Origin: Ptychomitrium polyphyllum
Taxonomy: Eukaryota
Reading direction: 5' to 3'
Assembly: GCA_973851085.1 (NCBI GenBank)
Contig: OZ316775.1
Location: forward strand, 16,926,001 to 16,990,000
Length of the DNA stretch: 64,000 nucleotides
The translations under genes and the position numbers were made by a program. Positions within the stretch are counted from its first letter, which is position 1. Each line of letters starts with the position of its first letter. The notes beneath the pieces were generated by a model. That model was given only the letters and a program-made list of their open reading frames with translations. It made no database searches and was not told the DNA's origin. Positions 38,352 through 53,262 of this stretch are shown here, piece by piece.

Positions 38352-40639
38352 TTTGATACCATATTTAAGTTTATTCATTTATAAATATTTAAAATATTAT
38401 TAATAATATTAATTATTAATGACATTATGATGAATTCAAATGATTACAAAGTGAATTTTAAATTAATTAGAATTGTGGATGTTACAATCATAAAATTAAA
38501 GATATTGGTGGAAAATGTCTTCATATGAATTACATGTTATGAAAGTAAGGCATTGATCCTTCAAAAGTGTTGGAGCGTTTTTGCAAGAAGACTTGTTTGA
38601 AGGGTTAATAACTCAGAATGAAATGATTATAATGGAGGTTTTTTTTTGAAAATTAACATATTAAGAACATTAACTTCATAACAAAATTGTAAGCAAAGCA
38701 ATGAATTAATTTTCCTAGCCTCTGTGCATAATTTTTAGTATTGAACTAAAATCAAAATGAAAAGAAGTGTAAATTGGGATCTTAGAAAAATTTTGGCTTT
38801 TTTTTTGCCATCTAATTCTTAGTTAGAAAATTTTCATTTTTCATTGAATTTTTTTTAAAAAATTTATGTCTTTGTTGAAAAAAATTCCATTACATGTTGT
38901 TTTAATTGAAAGTATAATCCTTAAGTTCAAACATCTAGGTCTAAATTACATTGAGTGTAACCTAAAGCATCGTTTAAATTCAAAATTTCTCATTTAGAAA
39001 TCATAATGTAATTACTTAAAATATAAAGATTAAAATAATACACAAACAGATGAGATTTTGAAAGTTCAAGGTACGGGTTTTTTTTTTTGGGAATGAAATA
39101 TACAGCTGATATAAAAACTAAATTGGGCCCCCAATTCTAATTTTTTATTCACAAAAGAACTTATTCTTGAAAATTCAAGAAGCAATTTCATGGCTACAAT
39201 AAAGAACATATTATAGTTAGTTAAAATGTTGGTTCTTCTAAGTTGCTTTGAATGAATTTATGAAAACTTAGAAGTATTTATAATTATATTTATGAAGAGG
39301 TTTTTTTTTTTATATACCATTTAAAATATTTAAATACATGCATATAGTAAAATTATATTATCGCATTTCTTTAAGGCTTAACTAGATATTAGCTTTATTA
39401 CCTTTCCTGATGTTTTTCTCTTTCCAATCCTTAGGGTACTTTTTAAAAGTTTCCAAATGTTTTTACTGTAATTATATAACTATAAATATGAAAAATTTAA
39501 TAATTCAATTCACTATCCATATTAAGAAAGGCCACAATTCATTTTTATACATAAAATGACCACTATTTATAGATTTTTATTTTTAATGAATTATGGCATA
39601 TACATAATTTATTTACTTTCAAAATCTCTTATTTACAGAATATTTATTGAATATACAGTAAAATGATTATTGGAGTCAAATATTTGAAGAAAGATATTTC
39701 AAGCACAAAGTACTTCAAAGAAATGTAAAAGTTTGGTTAAATGTCTAGATCAAAATCAAATTTCACAAGATAAAATTAACAGGAATTGGTATTAAATATA
39801 TTAAATATGATACTTTGATGAGTGAATTTCTTTTTTGATGTGGTTGGCATCTTATTTCTAATTTGAAGATGTTGTTTACAATTAGCCTTTATCAATGTTA
39901 CAATCTTGTCAACATTGATAATTTATAATGACAAAATTAATACAATCAATTCATTTAAAATCGTTATTAAAATTAAAAAATTAAAATTTTCTTGTCTATT
40001 TTAAATGATTTATTAATTTATTATAATATCTAATGGTTAGATATGTATTGATAAAGAACTTACTTCATTATAATTACAAATGTAGAATTATATAATATTT
40101 TGACTAAATAAAATCTTGATTGAAATTTAATTGATTAATAAGATGGAATCATTGTAATCATTAGCATTATAAATATTCTATGCCTTTTTGAATATGATAA
40201 ATCTAATTTTTGTTAAAACTTGTTGTTTTTTAAGTTTGAAAAAATCACGTATATAATCAATTATAAGAGTAAATTTAGAATAAAAACACAACATTAGAAT
40301 TTTTAAATTTATAAAAATATTAAATGTGTAATAACTTCAACTAATTAACTTTTTAAAATCAACTTAAATGAACAAAAATTATGCTTTTTTATTTAAAGCA
40401 TCAATAGAGTATAAAGGCTTTTTAAACATGGTTTTTTTTGCCAAATGTGAAACTTTTCTTTTTAATTAATAATTAGTCTTTTTTATTTTTGAAGTTGTAT
40501 TAATCTATTATTAATATAGGTCCATTTTCATTGAAAATCTCATATTTTTGAAATACTTTAAGATCCACATTAATTAATACCTTGTTCAAAAAGATGTTTA
40601 TGTGAATTATGAATAAGGATACAATCTATAAAAATAAAC

Positions 40640-40722
40640 ATGGACTCTTTAAATATGGACTCTTTAAATTTTAAAGAGTCCATTTTAAATATGTTTAAAT
40701 TATTTAACATGGACTCTTTAAA
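40640..40722. repeat. Cluster of four 14-bp ATGGACTCTTTAAA copies (three direct, one inverted)
   Basis: Copies at 40640, 40655 and 40709; inverted copy at 40670-40683. Confidence 0.9.
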
Positions 40723-43700
40723 ATGGAGTATTACATTATTTAATGATCCATATTGTTTTTTAATTTTTATAAGACACATTTAAAAGTTAAAGTGAATTGT
40801 TGTATTGTTGAATATAAATTTTTACAAGTCTACAAGTTTTCATGTGAAATTTTATTACACATAATTGAATACAACAATTATTATTAAGTGAAAGATATTT
40901 ACTCTACTTTTGTAATATGGTATAATTGTGATTTTAAATGTTGTATTGGTGTTTGTTGTGTTTATAGTATAAAAGAGATTTTGAACAAAAAATTTTAATT
41001 GATAAAGAATATGTTCTTAAATTGAGGTTGTTATAAAGTTGACTCTTATATTAAAGTTAAATTGTATTATGTAGAAAGAAAAGCATAATAGTATACCAAA
41101 TATTGTTGTTATCATTAAATCCAATATTAGTTAGAAATTTCATATAAACCCTTGCACTAATTCCAACAGAGACTTGTCAAAGAAGCACAAGAACATGATA
41201 TTAAGTGCTGTATTATTGAAATAATAATATTTCTTTTTCCATTTTTCAAAAAATTATTATCTAAGTGTATTATTGTCATTTTATTCAAACTAATTTGAAC
41301 ACTAAAATACCAGTGTAGGCATACAGTCCTTTCACTATTAAGGGCTCGCACTTTATTGTGATATAAATTATTGTAAGACGTCCACAATTAGAGTAATGAC
41401 AAAAATCGGTGTTGAAATAAGCCTGAGTATGTGGACATGCTGTAAAAGAAGGAGCTTTATAGGAATGTGGAGTTCTTGATAATGTGCCTAGTATCCAAAA
41501 GGAATGGAAATAAGTAATCCCAGATTGAATTGCCTTTTGATCGATCATGGTGGCCACATGGCATTTCCGAGGGATATTGCAGCCGTCAAGAAGAAAATTA
41601 GGTTAATAAATTTTTAAAAACAGTATGACTAGGGCTAACTTATGCTCCCTCCATTATCTATTTTTGCTGCTAAAATCTCCTTTGAGGGCCTACCATCCCT
41701 TAAGGAAACCCCTGCTTGTGTTGTAAGGCATATTATTGGTTGTCACGTTTTGTCCTTGCAAGAACCCACCTGCATTTCTGGAACTCAACATCCGTTCAAA
41801 TTGTATGTTTCTTGTCCACCAGAATTGTATTCAAGTTTTGTTTGTGGTTTTTCTCATTGATTGATGAAGAGGTCGTCCCGGGACATGCTTCGAAATGTCT
41901 ACAAACAGAATATAACAAAGTTTATATTATTGAAAAGTTGCATAGGTTCAATCAATAAGTTTGATTGTATTTTTATTTCAATCCAACAAACTATAATACT
42001 TACCAGAACCAAGGACTTTCGGCATTACGGTACCTGCATCAAAACACCCCTTTTCCTTCAGAGCGTACTTACTATTATCATAAGAACAATTTTTTGAATT
42101 GCTGATATACTTTTTCAACTCAATTCTAACACATTAAAACATGTAAGTTTTGGATTTTATATAACTTCTTTATAAACTTTTAAAGCTCATGTCATATCGG
42201 GATTCAAAAATTGTGAATAGATGCCCATAAAATGTAATATATATAAGGTGGATCCTTAAGTTGATACTTACCTAAGTTTTGAGTATTTTAGTGGAATAAT
42301 GAAACAAATGGAAGAAACATATTTCTTTTTGTTCATGGTTTTCATATAATTACATAAGCAACCAATAGATATGAACTTCTATGTATTTTCTATATGATAA
42401 AAGATCCATATTGCAAATGCTAATCATATTATACATTTTATCCTTTGGTTATATAGTGCTTCTTATAAGTGTTTTTAAGTAAACAAAACTATGCTTCAAA
42501 TCTTCATATTAATTTTTAAAATTAGATCTTAGCATCTAAAGTACAAGCCTATGACCTTGGAATCTAGATTCATTTTTATTTTCATCAATTTAAATGTTTG
42601 TGAATAAGAGAAAATTCGAGTTTATAATTTTAGTATATAAATGTCTACAACACATTAATTACAAGTTGTAAATCTTTCATGACTATGGTGAAATTAGAAG
42701 TTATTGTAAAAAAATTCATATCAAATATAAGAGGTATTCAAACAACTCAAATTTTCTCAACATGATTGAATAACAATATGGAAGATGGAAATCATAAATG
42801 TCTTTCAGAAATCAGAAGTTTGTAGTATATGATTGAGGAGAGGATTTTCATTTTTCCTACTAAAGAGTCTAACAATATTAGTGTTTGTATTATAAATTTA
42901 ATTTCTTGCAGAAATTTTGTAAAAGTATTTGTTTAAATTTTGATTTAACTATGATAATTTAAGAAAAATAAATCAAATATAGTACATCTTTGGATTACAA
43001 TATGTTCAAGTTCCAAGAATGGATTCCAATTTCTCAGTTAATTATGGCAATTCATAAGTTGTGCTATTACTTTTGGGAGTTAGTATATACAAGTCCTTTG
43101 TTTCAAATGCTAATGTCATCATGCTCTCGTATTTACAGATACTAGGGGTTTTGAATTGTAACCTGAAATTCAAATCCAAATCGAATGTTTGTTTATTAAC
43201 AGCACATCATCATGAACTTTATAGCTATTAAAGTTCACTATAGCAGCAAGTATTAATTTCACATGAAGTAGTTAAAGTTCCAAGTTACTATTACTTCCAT
43301 GTCCAAGTCAATTTATAGGTTTGTTTATTGTTTTATTAAAAATAAAATCTCTCCTTATTTCATTTTCTTTGATTATCTTATATTACTGTTTTTACTCTAA
43401 ATTATGGTTTTGAACTTCAATCATCAACTTTCACACCTTTAATATTATAATTGATTTATCCTCTTTTTCAACCAAAATCTCATCTTCTTCATATTGTTTG
43501 TATTTATAATCAAAGTACATAATTCAATATTATAAATATCACTAGCTTATTTGGTACACACATGTTCATGTATGCATTTTAAATCACTCATCTATTTTTT
43601 GAAGTAAAAAGGATGATTTACAAATAATTCTTTTGTTCCAAGATTTTATAACTATTTAAAGCAAAATTGATTTACAAACATAAATTCTATTGGCTTATGT

Positions 43701-46490
43701 ATGTTAACCAATCCTAAATCAAACAATCCTATGGCCAACATCTTCCTATGGATGCCATCTATGAAACTACACCATTATACCATGCACAAGTTTGAAACTC
43801 CTAAAAATGTAATGAGTTGGTAATTGGAATTGTACAATAGCAGTGATAAATTTGACATATACTAAATTATGAAGAATAATAGTGGAAACAAAAGGAAAAA
43901 TAATAACACACTTGTTATTTAATGAAGAATGTGGTGGTGATAAGTTTTACATATGGTGGTGGTTTAAATAAGATTATATCAATTTCTACAATTAGAGAAT
44001 GATGATCAAGGTTCAATTTTATGATGGTCATGGCTCCATTTAAAGGCAATAATATAAGTTTAGTAGTTGCACTATTTAAAAATTCTTAATTAAAAAATTT
44101 AATACTATATATTAATAATTTTATCTCCATTCTTCTCTAAATTTCAAGCTTTATCACAACTAGATAGTTTTGTGAAGTTTTTAGAGTTAAAATATTATTG
44201 GATCTTTTTTATGGCAGTAATAAATTAACTTATCTTGTGAAGTTTGATATATTGTAATAAAATTCAAAAAATAACATAAGCTTGTTATTTACAAAATTAC
44301 TTTTAAAAGTACTTTTATCCATAAAATTAGAATCTTAAAACAAAATTTAGTTGTAATGGAGTATACAATATTCATTGTACATAGAAATCAATTTTAATCT
44401 TGAAAATATATTCATATAGGTTTTTTTTAAATAAATTGAAATCATTGTTTTACCCACTCAAATTCAAAATTTAAGTTTATTACATAAACAATATTAGATC
44501 CTTTATAAATAAAGATAGAAATTCATTATAGAAGCATGTATAGAAGAAAGTACAAATTTTAAAATATTATTTATTATAATATACAATCTTGATGTTATGA
44601 ATTCAAAATTAATTTAATTTGAAGTAATTGTGATAAGTTTGTATTTTTTGAACTATGTTGTAGTATAAAAAATGTATTACATAGATTTATGAGGTTTGGC
44701 TAAAAGAAAATGTTTAACCTATTTCAACTTGAAGTTTAAGCTCATATTTATTAATGTTCAAATAGATAACTAATTTATTTTATCCATATTGAAAATGCAT
44801 TGTATTGTTCTATATCACACCTTCTATGTTCTACCAAAAATATAAATTGTTCAAGATTATTTTTGTAGATTTTATGGATATTTAAATGTTTATGTGCCAA
44901 AATCGTATTTTTCTTTCAATTATTTTTTTCATTTATTTCTATGTTACTAAATTTGACTTGCATTTAGTTTGATTTTTTTTTTGAATCTTCTTTTAAATTT
45001 TTTTTTTGGAAAATCCTTTTTGAAACTCATTTTTGTCATGAACATAATACTTGACACATTTCACCATGTTCTTTGATGAATCAATGAGGAACGTTTTGTA
45101 AATTTGAGGCACGGTTAACGAGCCTCAAACTTTGAAATCCTCAAAGCTAATTGGATTCCTCCAAGCCAATCTTTAGCTTGCCTAAAGTTTCCTAATTGCT
45201 CTTCTAAATTGGAAGTGCTTTAATAATTGTATTACAATTTTTTGAAACTAATATTTATAAAAAAACACACTTTTAAAATACAAGGTGAAAGTTTTACTTA
45301 ACAAATACCTCTATTGGATATTGTTTTTAATTTTGATTTTTGTATTGTGAGTTGTAAAAAAAAAAGGATCAAACCTTGTTTATTATTTTTGGATATTAAA
45401 GTATCTTGATTGCAATCCTTAGTTAAAACCTATTGCTTGAATTCTTTAATGTTTGCATGATCTATCATTTTTAGGTGTAGTTTCAAGTTGTAGTCCAATT
45501 TTGAAGCAGAGGCTCAATTTTACTCATCTCTAAAAATTTAATGACAACCTTTAAACTCTATACATTAGTATGCTTACAAAGGACATAGTTTTATCATCAA
45601 ATTGTTCAAACTTGACATTGTTAAACTTATATTATGAGAAATTAAAACATGCTTATAGTGGTGGTATTTCCAAATACTTGTTCTATGTTAATTGGAGATC
45701 TTCTTAATAAGTTTATTATGAACATTGATAAAATAAAATAACATTTTTTTTTCCAATTTTGTGTAAGTTTTTTTTTATAAAACCTCTTTACAAAAGCAAT
45801 TGATCATTCCAAAATCAAGGGGATTGAGCTCGTTTGTTACTTACTTCCTTTCATGTAGAATTAGATTTGATTTGTATGATAGCCTATTATCAAAGGGTGA
45901 AGTCCCACTACTATAAAGAATGTTTTTTATACTACCCTGGCTTATCAATTGCCTAGTTCCATAATTAGAATAATATTTATTCATCCTTGATAATTTATGC
46001 AACTCATTGCACTTGGACCCTGAAAGACTGTTTTAAGCAGGGCACATTGCTGACGATGTGTGTTGAGAATCCTACAAAGGCTTTAATCAGAGTGGTGACC
46101 ACTAGGCATAACATGCTTCAAGGACAAGTAAGATGAATATACTTGCATAATAATTACTGTGCAATACATAACTTGAGTCTCCTTCTCTAGTAATATTCTA
46201 CTCTATTCCTTGTGCCAGACTGCCCGTGCCCCCATCCCCTCATAACAAATCAAATAGCCTGTACTGGTGAAGAGTCCTACTAGACAGCTGAAGGATCAAT
46301 GATTCTATTTGTGTTTTAAAAAGAGTCCAAGTTGTGACTCATGTTCATTATCAAGGTCAACAATTTATAATGTGGTTTAGAGTTTCTCCACTGCACAGGT
46401 TTTTAACCCTGTGAAATTCATTTCAAATGGGTATTTAGAAATTAGAGGCCCTGTTTAGTCCCTCCATCGCTAAAACGAAGGAGTGTCTAT

Positions 46491-46582
46491 TCCACTAAAG
46501 TTTTCTATCCTTGACTTTCTAGAGGCCTTTTTCCTCCACTAAATTTTTTGATCCTTGACTTTCTAAAGGCCTTTTTCCTCAA
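46491..46582. repeat. Tandem duplication, 44-bp unit x2
   Basis: TCCACTAAA...ATCCTTGACTTTCTAGAGGCCTTTTTCC at 46491 and 46535. Confidence 0.9.
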
Positions 46583-49298
46583 CTTTTGAATAGAATTCTT
46601 GTCCTTTTGTTAAGACATCAAAGGTTTTTGTTAAGACTCCTTGTAGTTAAGCTTTGAAACTTTATGATAAAAGCAACAGGTGATTGAAGTTAATTAGATG
46701 GTCATGAAATTTGAAACTGACTAGTTAATTTTTATCTTATACAAAAGCTTTTTTAATAAAATCTATAAAAAAAATGTATCTTTATTCTAAATTCCAAAAT
46801 TTATAAATTTAGAAGCACTATTATAGAATACGTTTTGTCAATGTTAACAAGAAAAACATTACACTTAAGTATTCTACTTATGCAAGCAAAAAGAAAATAT
46901 ATAATTACACTTAGGTCATGGATAGATAGTATTCAACAATAACCACTTTTATTTCTTTATATTGGTGGTGTAAGTGATTTTATTGTTTTAAATCTAATAT
47001 AAGCACCTTCATTTCAAAGATGTGATCAATGGTGAATATAACATGGCAAGCAATACATCAAAATTCATATTTTATTATTTTAATGAACAAAATGATTTTC
47101 AAAAACTAATTCTATTGATCAAAATGTGACAATTGATCACAGAAATAAAATATTAACAGTCAAAAGTGAAGAATAATTATGTACTAGAAAAAAATATCAA
47201 CATATTATGTTACATCTAAGTAATAATAAACGTATCATATTTAGGCTTTAATCAATTTCATTCCCTATTTAGACATCAAAAAATAATAGTCTTCTTTAAG
47301 ATCAACAAAATTGTATTCAGCCATGTAAAAAACATAATTACAATGAACATATCTAAAAAGATGAGACTTTTGATGAATCTTAGTATAAGGATCTTGAACA
47401 ATACAACTCAATTTTTGATTTTCAATATATATCATTTTCCAAATAAACAATGACATTACATGAAGAATGTAATTTGAGTAGGGGTTGTAGAAAGAAATGT
47501 TGATTAAATAAGAATTTGAAGCACTAAATTGAGTTTTTGACTTGTATGACTTCTTACATCATGATGGACATTTAACTGTTAATGTGCTACCTTTGTGTAT
47601 CATTATAATTTAACTCTATGATTCACTTGAAAACTAATCAAAATTTGAAAATCTATATAAATACAACATGGAAAAAGGTAATAATTTTTTCTTAGTAAAA
47701 ATGAACTAGGAAATAATTAAAACTCTGACCAAGTTTTGTAGCAGTGATATAGTTGGCATGACACTATGCAGTTCCCATTCATTTGCTGTAGCATTGCAGA
47801 CAAGTTTCATTACTCTAAAATGAGGTTGGAATACTGAAAACAATTTATGATTCAACAGGCATACAATATTTAAAGCATCATTTTGTAATTTTTTTTTTGA
47901 ATCAAATGTCCTGATCTCTGCAGGGACCCCATCTTGGATGTTGTGCCTGGCTTGTCCAATCAAGTGAAGTTAAAGTTAGTCTCTTTTCCACTGGTGGCAT
48001 TCTACAGGTTTTGCTGCACCGTCAGTGCCAACTTGCAGTATCGAATTACAAGAGCAAGAAAGATTGACATGTATTATAATTATGAGACAAAGACCCCGAA
48101 CTTTGGCCAGCAGGTGACCTGTGACCCAAGAAAATAGATTTATTGTGAATCTTCCAAGGTTCTTTCTACTGAGGCTCCTTCTATTAACACAACAAACCCA
48201 TAAAGGAGCCTGGTTACCTCTATGCAAGCACAGTACATAAAGTGTTGAAGGGCTCTGTCACATAAGTGGAGGAGCTAACAGTGAAATTTGGAGTTAATTA
48301 TTTTTGTGTATCCTCTTGTAATCGTCATGACTGCACTCCTTTAATTTAAAGGTTTTTTCAAAGCTTATAAGTTAGCACAAAAAGAAAGTATCATATGCTT
48401 TCTCCAGTTCCAAATTTAGATGTTGTAACCTAAATCTTGTTGTCAAATTCATTACATTTCAGGGAAGGTAAGATTTTCATAGAATTTTGATAATTCTATC
48501 AAACCACACTGGGAAGCTGTGTGAACTATGTGTAGCACCTGACTTTAGGTGTGCAGCAATTTACATGGACATTCCTTTTAATGATGACATTGAGTTGGGA
48601 TGGCAGCTACACTGTCTTAGTACCAAAAAAAATCTTATAATTCCTTGTTGTCTGTTTGCATTTATAAGTACACTTTTACTTTTACATTTACGTTTATCTT
48701 TATTTTATATACAAAAATCTGTCTTACATGCTATCATATCTTGGATGTAATAGCAGCTACACTTGTTTTTTTTTACATAGTATTATTTACACTGATCTTT
48801 TATTTGAGGTTATAACAATTACATAACTTTTTATGTACAATGAAGATTTTCAATTGAGAGCAATTTTTTTGAAAGTTTTCATACAAGTCAACTTCTTGAG
48901 TAGAATTTGTTAAATAACCATCTTGAGTGAAAAATTATGGTCTTTTAAAATCAATTTGTGTAGGTAACACTAAAAGAACAAAATAATACAGCTCTGGGGA
49001 AGGTCAGGACAAAGCATGGTGGCCAAAACATGCTGCTTAGATCTCTTGTCTTTGTGCCACAGGGAGAACCTGGCTGGAATCTTTGTATTTACAATGAAGG
49101 ATCCCTCCATTTGTGGGGAAAAAAATATGAGGAAAAAACAAGCTTTCTACCTTTGTCTTGTGCCCTTATTTTGAAAACAAAACATGCTCACCAAAGTGGG
49201 ATTTCTGAACATCCACCCCATAGATAGTGTCTGAGCTATTTTCAAAGTCATTCTTGTCTCTCCCATGACACAAAAGCCAGGGATGTGTTAGTCCAACA

Positions 49299-49651
49299 CA
49301 CTAGATTAGAGGATCATTACAAAATCTCCTTTGTAACATTTAGATATGGAACATGATATCAAAATACATGTGTGTCATATCTTACATTAGTTTGATGTCA
49401 TCTTAACACCAAATAATGACAAAGTAACATCAAATTGACTTACATTATTTTGAAGTCATTTAAATATCATTATCACATATATCATGAGTATGTCACTGTA
49501 ACATTGTTCAGCATAAGAAATTTTGATATTAACTTAATACAAACTTATTTTGTGTCAATTTTATGTTAAATTGATACCATAATAGCATAAAAACAGTCAT
49601 TTATTTATTAATATCATTTTAACGCTAAAATTATTGTCTTTTAGTCTAATG
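49299..49651. mobile_element. Possible degraded non-autonomous CACTA-like element
   Basis: Imperfect TIRs CACTAGATTAGAGGA / TCTTTTAGTCTAATG and many internal TGTCA/TGACA-like motifs; TSD not preserved. Confidence 0.3.
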
Positions 49652-51052
49652 ATGGCTTTTGCAAAGACATATGGTCTATTTTTTTATTACGCTAAAGGTA
49701 CATGGAACTTTAAAGACAAATTTTAACTTCAAAAGCTTAATTGTGTATTTTTGAATAATTTCATTTATTCCAATGCTTATTCTGTAGCTCCTTGGGCACT
49801 TCATCCAATTTTTGGAAACTCATGCAATATCTTGTAAATTGAGATGTGATTTATGATTTTTCCTCATACTCTGATAATTTCAAATTATATAAGAAATATT
49901 AGTTAAATATTGAAATTGTAATGGCTTTTACAGAGGGCCTTTAATTGTTCACCTTATATAATTTATATAATTACAATAAGCTGTCTCATGTGCTGGAAGA
50001 ACAAATAATGAAAATCCTTCTAAAGAATTTAATCTTGAATTATGAAGTTTAAAACTTGAATCATACAATATATTTTTTTTAGATAAGAGTTAAATCAATT
50101 TGGAATTATATAATTATCAAAACATGCATACATAAAGTGCCAAATATACAATACAATTATAAATTATTAAATTATTTACAAATGTAACATTTATATTATA
50201 ATATATTTCTTACAATGAAGATTTGTAAATGATTTCTGAATAATAATGTTATCTTATTATCACAAGATTATTGTATAATGTAAGATTTTAATAAATTTAT
50301 CCATATAAAAATAGTTCTTCAATCAAGCACCATGTCACTTTTTAATTCAATATTAATTAATATTTATTGGAAATGTTTTGTATTTTCTTAAAATTGAGAG
50401 TTATTTTTTATTTTAAAATAAAAATAAATTTAAATTATGCCCCAACAATTGCGCATTTTATTGAAGTTTATATAAAATATAATAATTAGTCAAAATATTT
50501 TGGTTACACATGGTGTGGCCCTATTACATCGAATAATTTACTTAAGCAAATTGATTTAATTTATTCACTGATATACATTGGTGTCAATTATATAATGCTA
50601 GTAATAATATTGGTGTTAGAAATAATATTAATGTCAAAAATAAGAATAATAATAATTTAATAATAATTTGATACAAGCACATGATATAATCTTAAGTGAC
50701 AATACTAGGATGCATTAAAGTATTAATAGCATATATATATATTAATAAATTCATTTTAGAAATGGGCTTTTATATGGTTTCTTTTTAAAAATTATATGTA
50801 ATTTATACTAATAAAAAAGGCGTTCTAATTCCATAAACTGAATTTTTCTAATAGATGACAAATTAAAAAAAATTGTGCTAAATCTATTTTAATATTATTA
50901 GGCTACATTTCTTTCATTCCATGTATTTGGTTTAATATTCTTTTTACATGATTGTACACTTTAGATGCAAAAATATTGAGTTATTATAGATCAACTTTTT
51001 ATAAAACACCTTAACAATGTGGATCAAAATAGTAGGAGTGATAATAAGTAAT

Positions 51053-51680
51053 TGTCATAGGCATATATAATAAAAGTTTTTGAAAAGTCTTAAAAAGCCA
51101 AGTATGCTTCTAAAGAAGCTTCAAATGAAGCAATATAGAATTGCTTTAATAAAAAACATTGTATTGTAAACTTTTCAAGAAGGTTGTAATTTTAGTATAT
51201 ATAGGATTTAGAGTTGAAAAATACCTCCTACAATATATTTGTACCTTGTTCTAATCCTTTATTTCTAATACACTTTAAAAACACTTTCTTTCATATCCTA
51301 TAATTCAATAGTCTTACCTTTTTGTATTTGTGTCATTTACAGTTTGTTCAAATTATCATATATAAAATTCAAAGCTTGGACATTTTTGATAGAAAGTAAA
51401 TTATTCCTCTTTTTGAAAGTACTATAGCGCTCTAGAAGTTGCAGATTGCTCTCATCTAAACTAAAATTATTCTTGGACTTTGTATAACTATCTTATTTGG
51501 CTATAGTTGTTCATTTCTTTTTCATTTACATGCTAAGAGCTGAAAATGTCAATATAATAGATACAAAAGAAATCAAATAAGATTCAATTATAAATATCCT
51601 TGAAGCATTAATGATGAAGACTACGGCTTTATTTAAACAAAATGAAGAACTTTATATAATTGTACACAATAATTGAGGAA
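51053..51680 (+). mobile_element. Very old Tcn1-like LTR + 5' UTR remnant
   Basis: Starts TGTCATAG like the A/B LTRs. 51422-51465 (CTATAGCGCTCTAGAAGTTGCAGATTGCTCTCATCTAAACTA) matches the 5' UTR of A at ~23216-23256. Confidence 0.45.
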
Positions 51681-52876
51681 CAAAAGTAGCTCACTTCCTA
51701 TTCCAAGTCATCCTAGATTCTCCATTATTTTGCTTGTTGTGGGCCTAAAACTCCTCCACTAATTAGAAGATACATTAGTCCATATAATCCTACTTTTGAT
51801 TATTATTTAATTAAATTGCATTGCAGTCTAGCTGAAACTTACTAAGTTGAATTTAAATTCATAATTGAATTACATGCCTCATATGTAATATGTCATTGAT
51901 GTTGTTGTAGCAAGTACAATGCATTCCAAAATGACATATGGCTAACAATATAGTGAAATATAGGGGCAAAAAATCTCCTAGAACTAAATTGATTGCCACT
52001 ACTTTATTTATGCTCCAAATCTTTATATTTTAGGCTTTTTAAATACTGGTTTTAAAGTAATTTTGGCTGCTAAATATTTCTTTAGAACTCAATGGTTATG
52101 CACTAAGATATGCACTTCCAAAGTTGAGTAATCAAAATAATTACCTTAAAATCAAATGGCCGCCACCAACATTTGTAACTTTGACTCTTAAGATCTTAGT
52201 GTCTATAGAATTTTAAGAATTAAAACTATCTTTTTCAAAATTTTTTTTGACTTTTAAGCTATGAGCGCAAAAATATGTTGTTGCAAAGTTGAATAATTTA
52301 AGTTGTAAGGGCAACTAACCCTCTTCTACTAAAACCACCACCACCGCCTTGTTGTAGCTTCAACTAAAATATGTGATAAGTTCTTAAAAAATCAACAAAA
52401 ATTTCCATAATTGTTTAAAAACTTAGATTCTTGTTTTATACTTACCAGAAGTAATTTACATTTAAAAAGTGATTTTTAAATTAAGATTTTGGAACACCTT
52501 TAGAAGCATTGCCAAAAAAAATATCCTTCCTCTACTACTACTACTGTTTCAATTTTTTTCTCTTCTTACATACAACAACTTCCTTTTCATTGCCAAAATT
52601 TTTCATTTTCTATTTTTGCCCTTTATTTGAACTTCCTAATAAAATTATAACAGTAATATCTTTAATTAACATGTTTTGCCTTGAATTAATTCAATTACTT
52701 TTTAATCTAGCCACAAAATTGAAAATTGATCCAAAAAATCCCTACGTACATATTAGATGAAGAATACAACCATTGTATTGAGTGCTTTATAGATAAACAA
52801 GGATATACAACCACAATAGAAATTTTGTAGCTGGATTGCTTCCTTTGCTAGCAAAAAAATATCATGTACAATCAGT

Positions 52877-53262
52877 TGTTACGGACAGAGTAACTATAAG
52901 ACAAGGCTCTAGGATTTTAGGATGTGGAACAAAATAAGTCCAAGTATATTAGAGGTAAAGAGCTACAACAAAGTACAAAAGACAAGGCCAGAAGATCTCA
53001 GCTAGACCATAAGAGATGCATTGTCGAGACTGAAGAACTCTTCAGCCTTGATTCTTATGTATACTAGATCTACAAGCCTTTGAGGCTTCTTCAGAAGCTT
53101 CACCTACATTGCTTCGTACTCAAGCAACCTAGAATTGCTTCCTTGGAAGTTTCTTAAGGCAAAGTAACTTCCTTGGAATCTTCCTAAGTCAAGGCAACTT
53201 CCTTGAAAGTTTTTTAAATCTTCTAACCTTTCTAGATGCTTCTAATATGTATGTCCATGATA
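52877..53262 (-). repeat. 3' LTR of element D (386 bp)
   Basis: TATCATGG...TAACA on the minus strand, directly after the PPT; TATA-like TATACATA. Partner LTR not in window. Confidence 0.75.

Noticed and set aside
42760..42850. IWKMEIINVFQKSEV, resembling a copia gag N-terminus
   Set aside because: Too short and degenerate; no LTR, PBS or further domains to support it.
46444..46460. GGCCCTGTTTAG, like a PIF/Tourist TIR
   Set aside because: No partner inverted repeat or TSD found.
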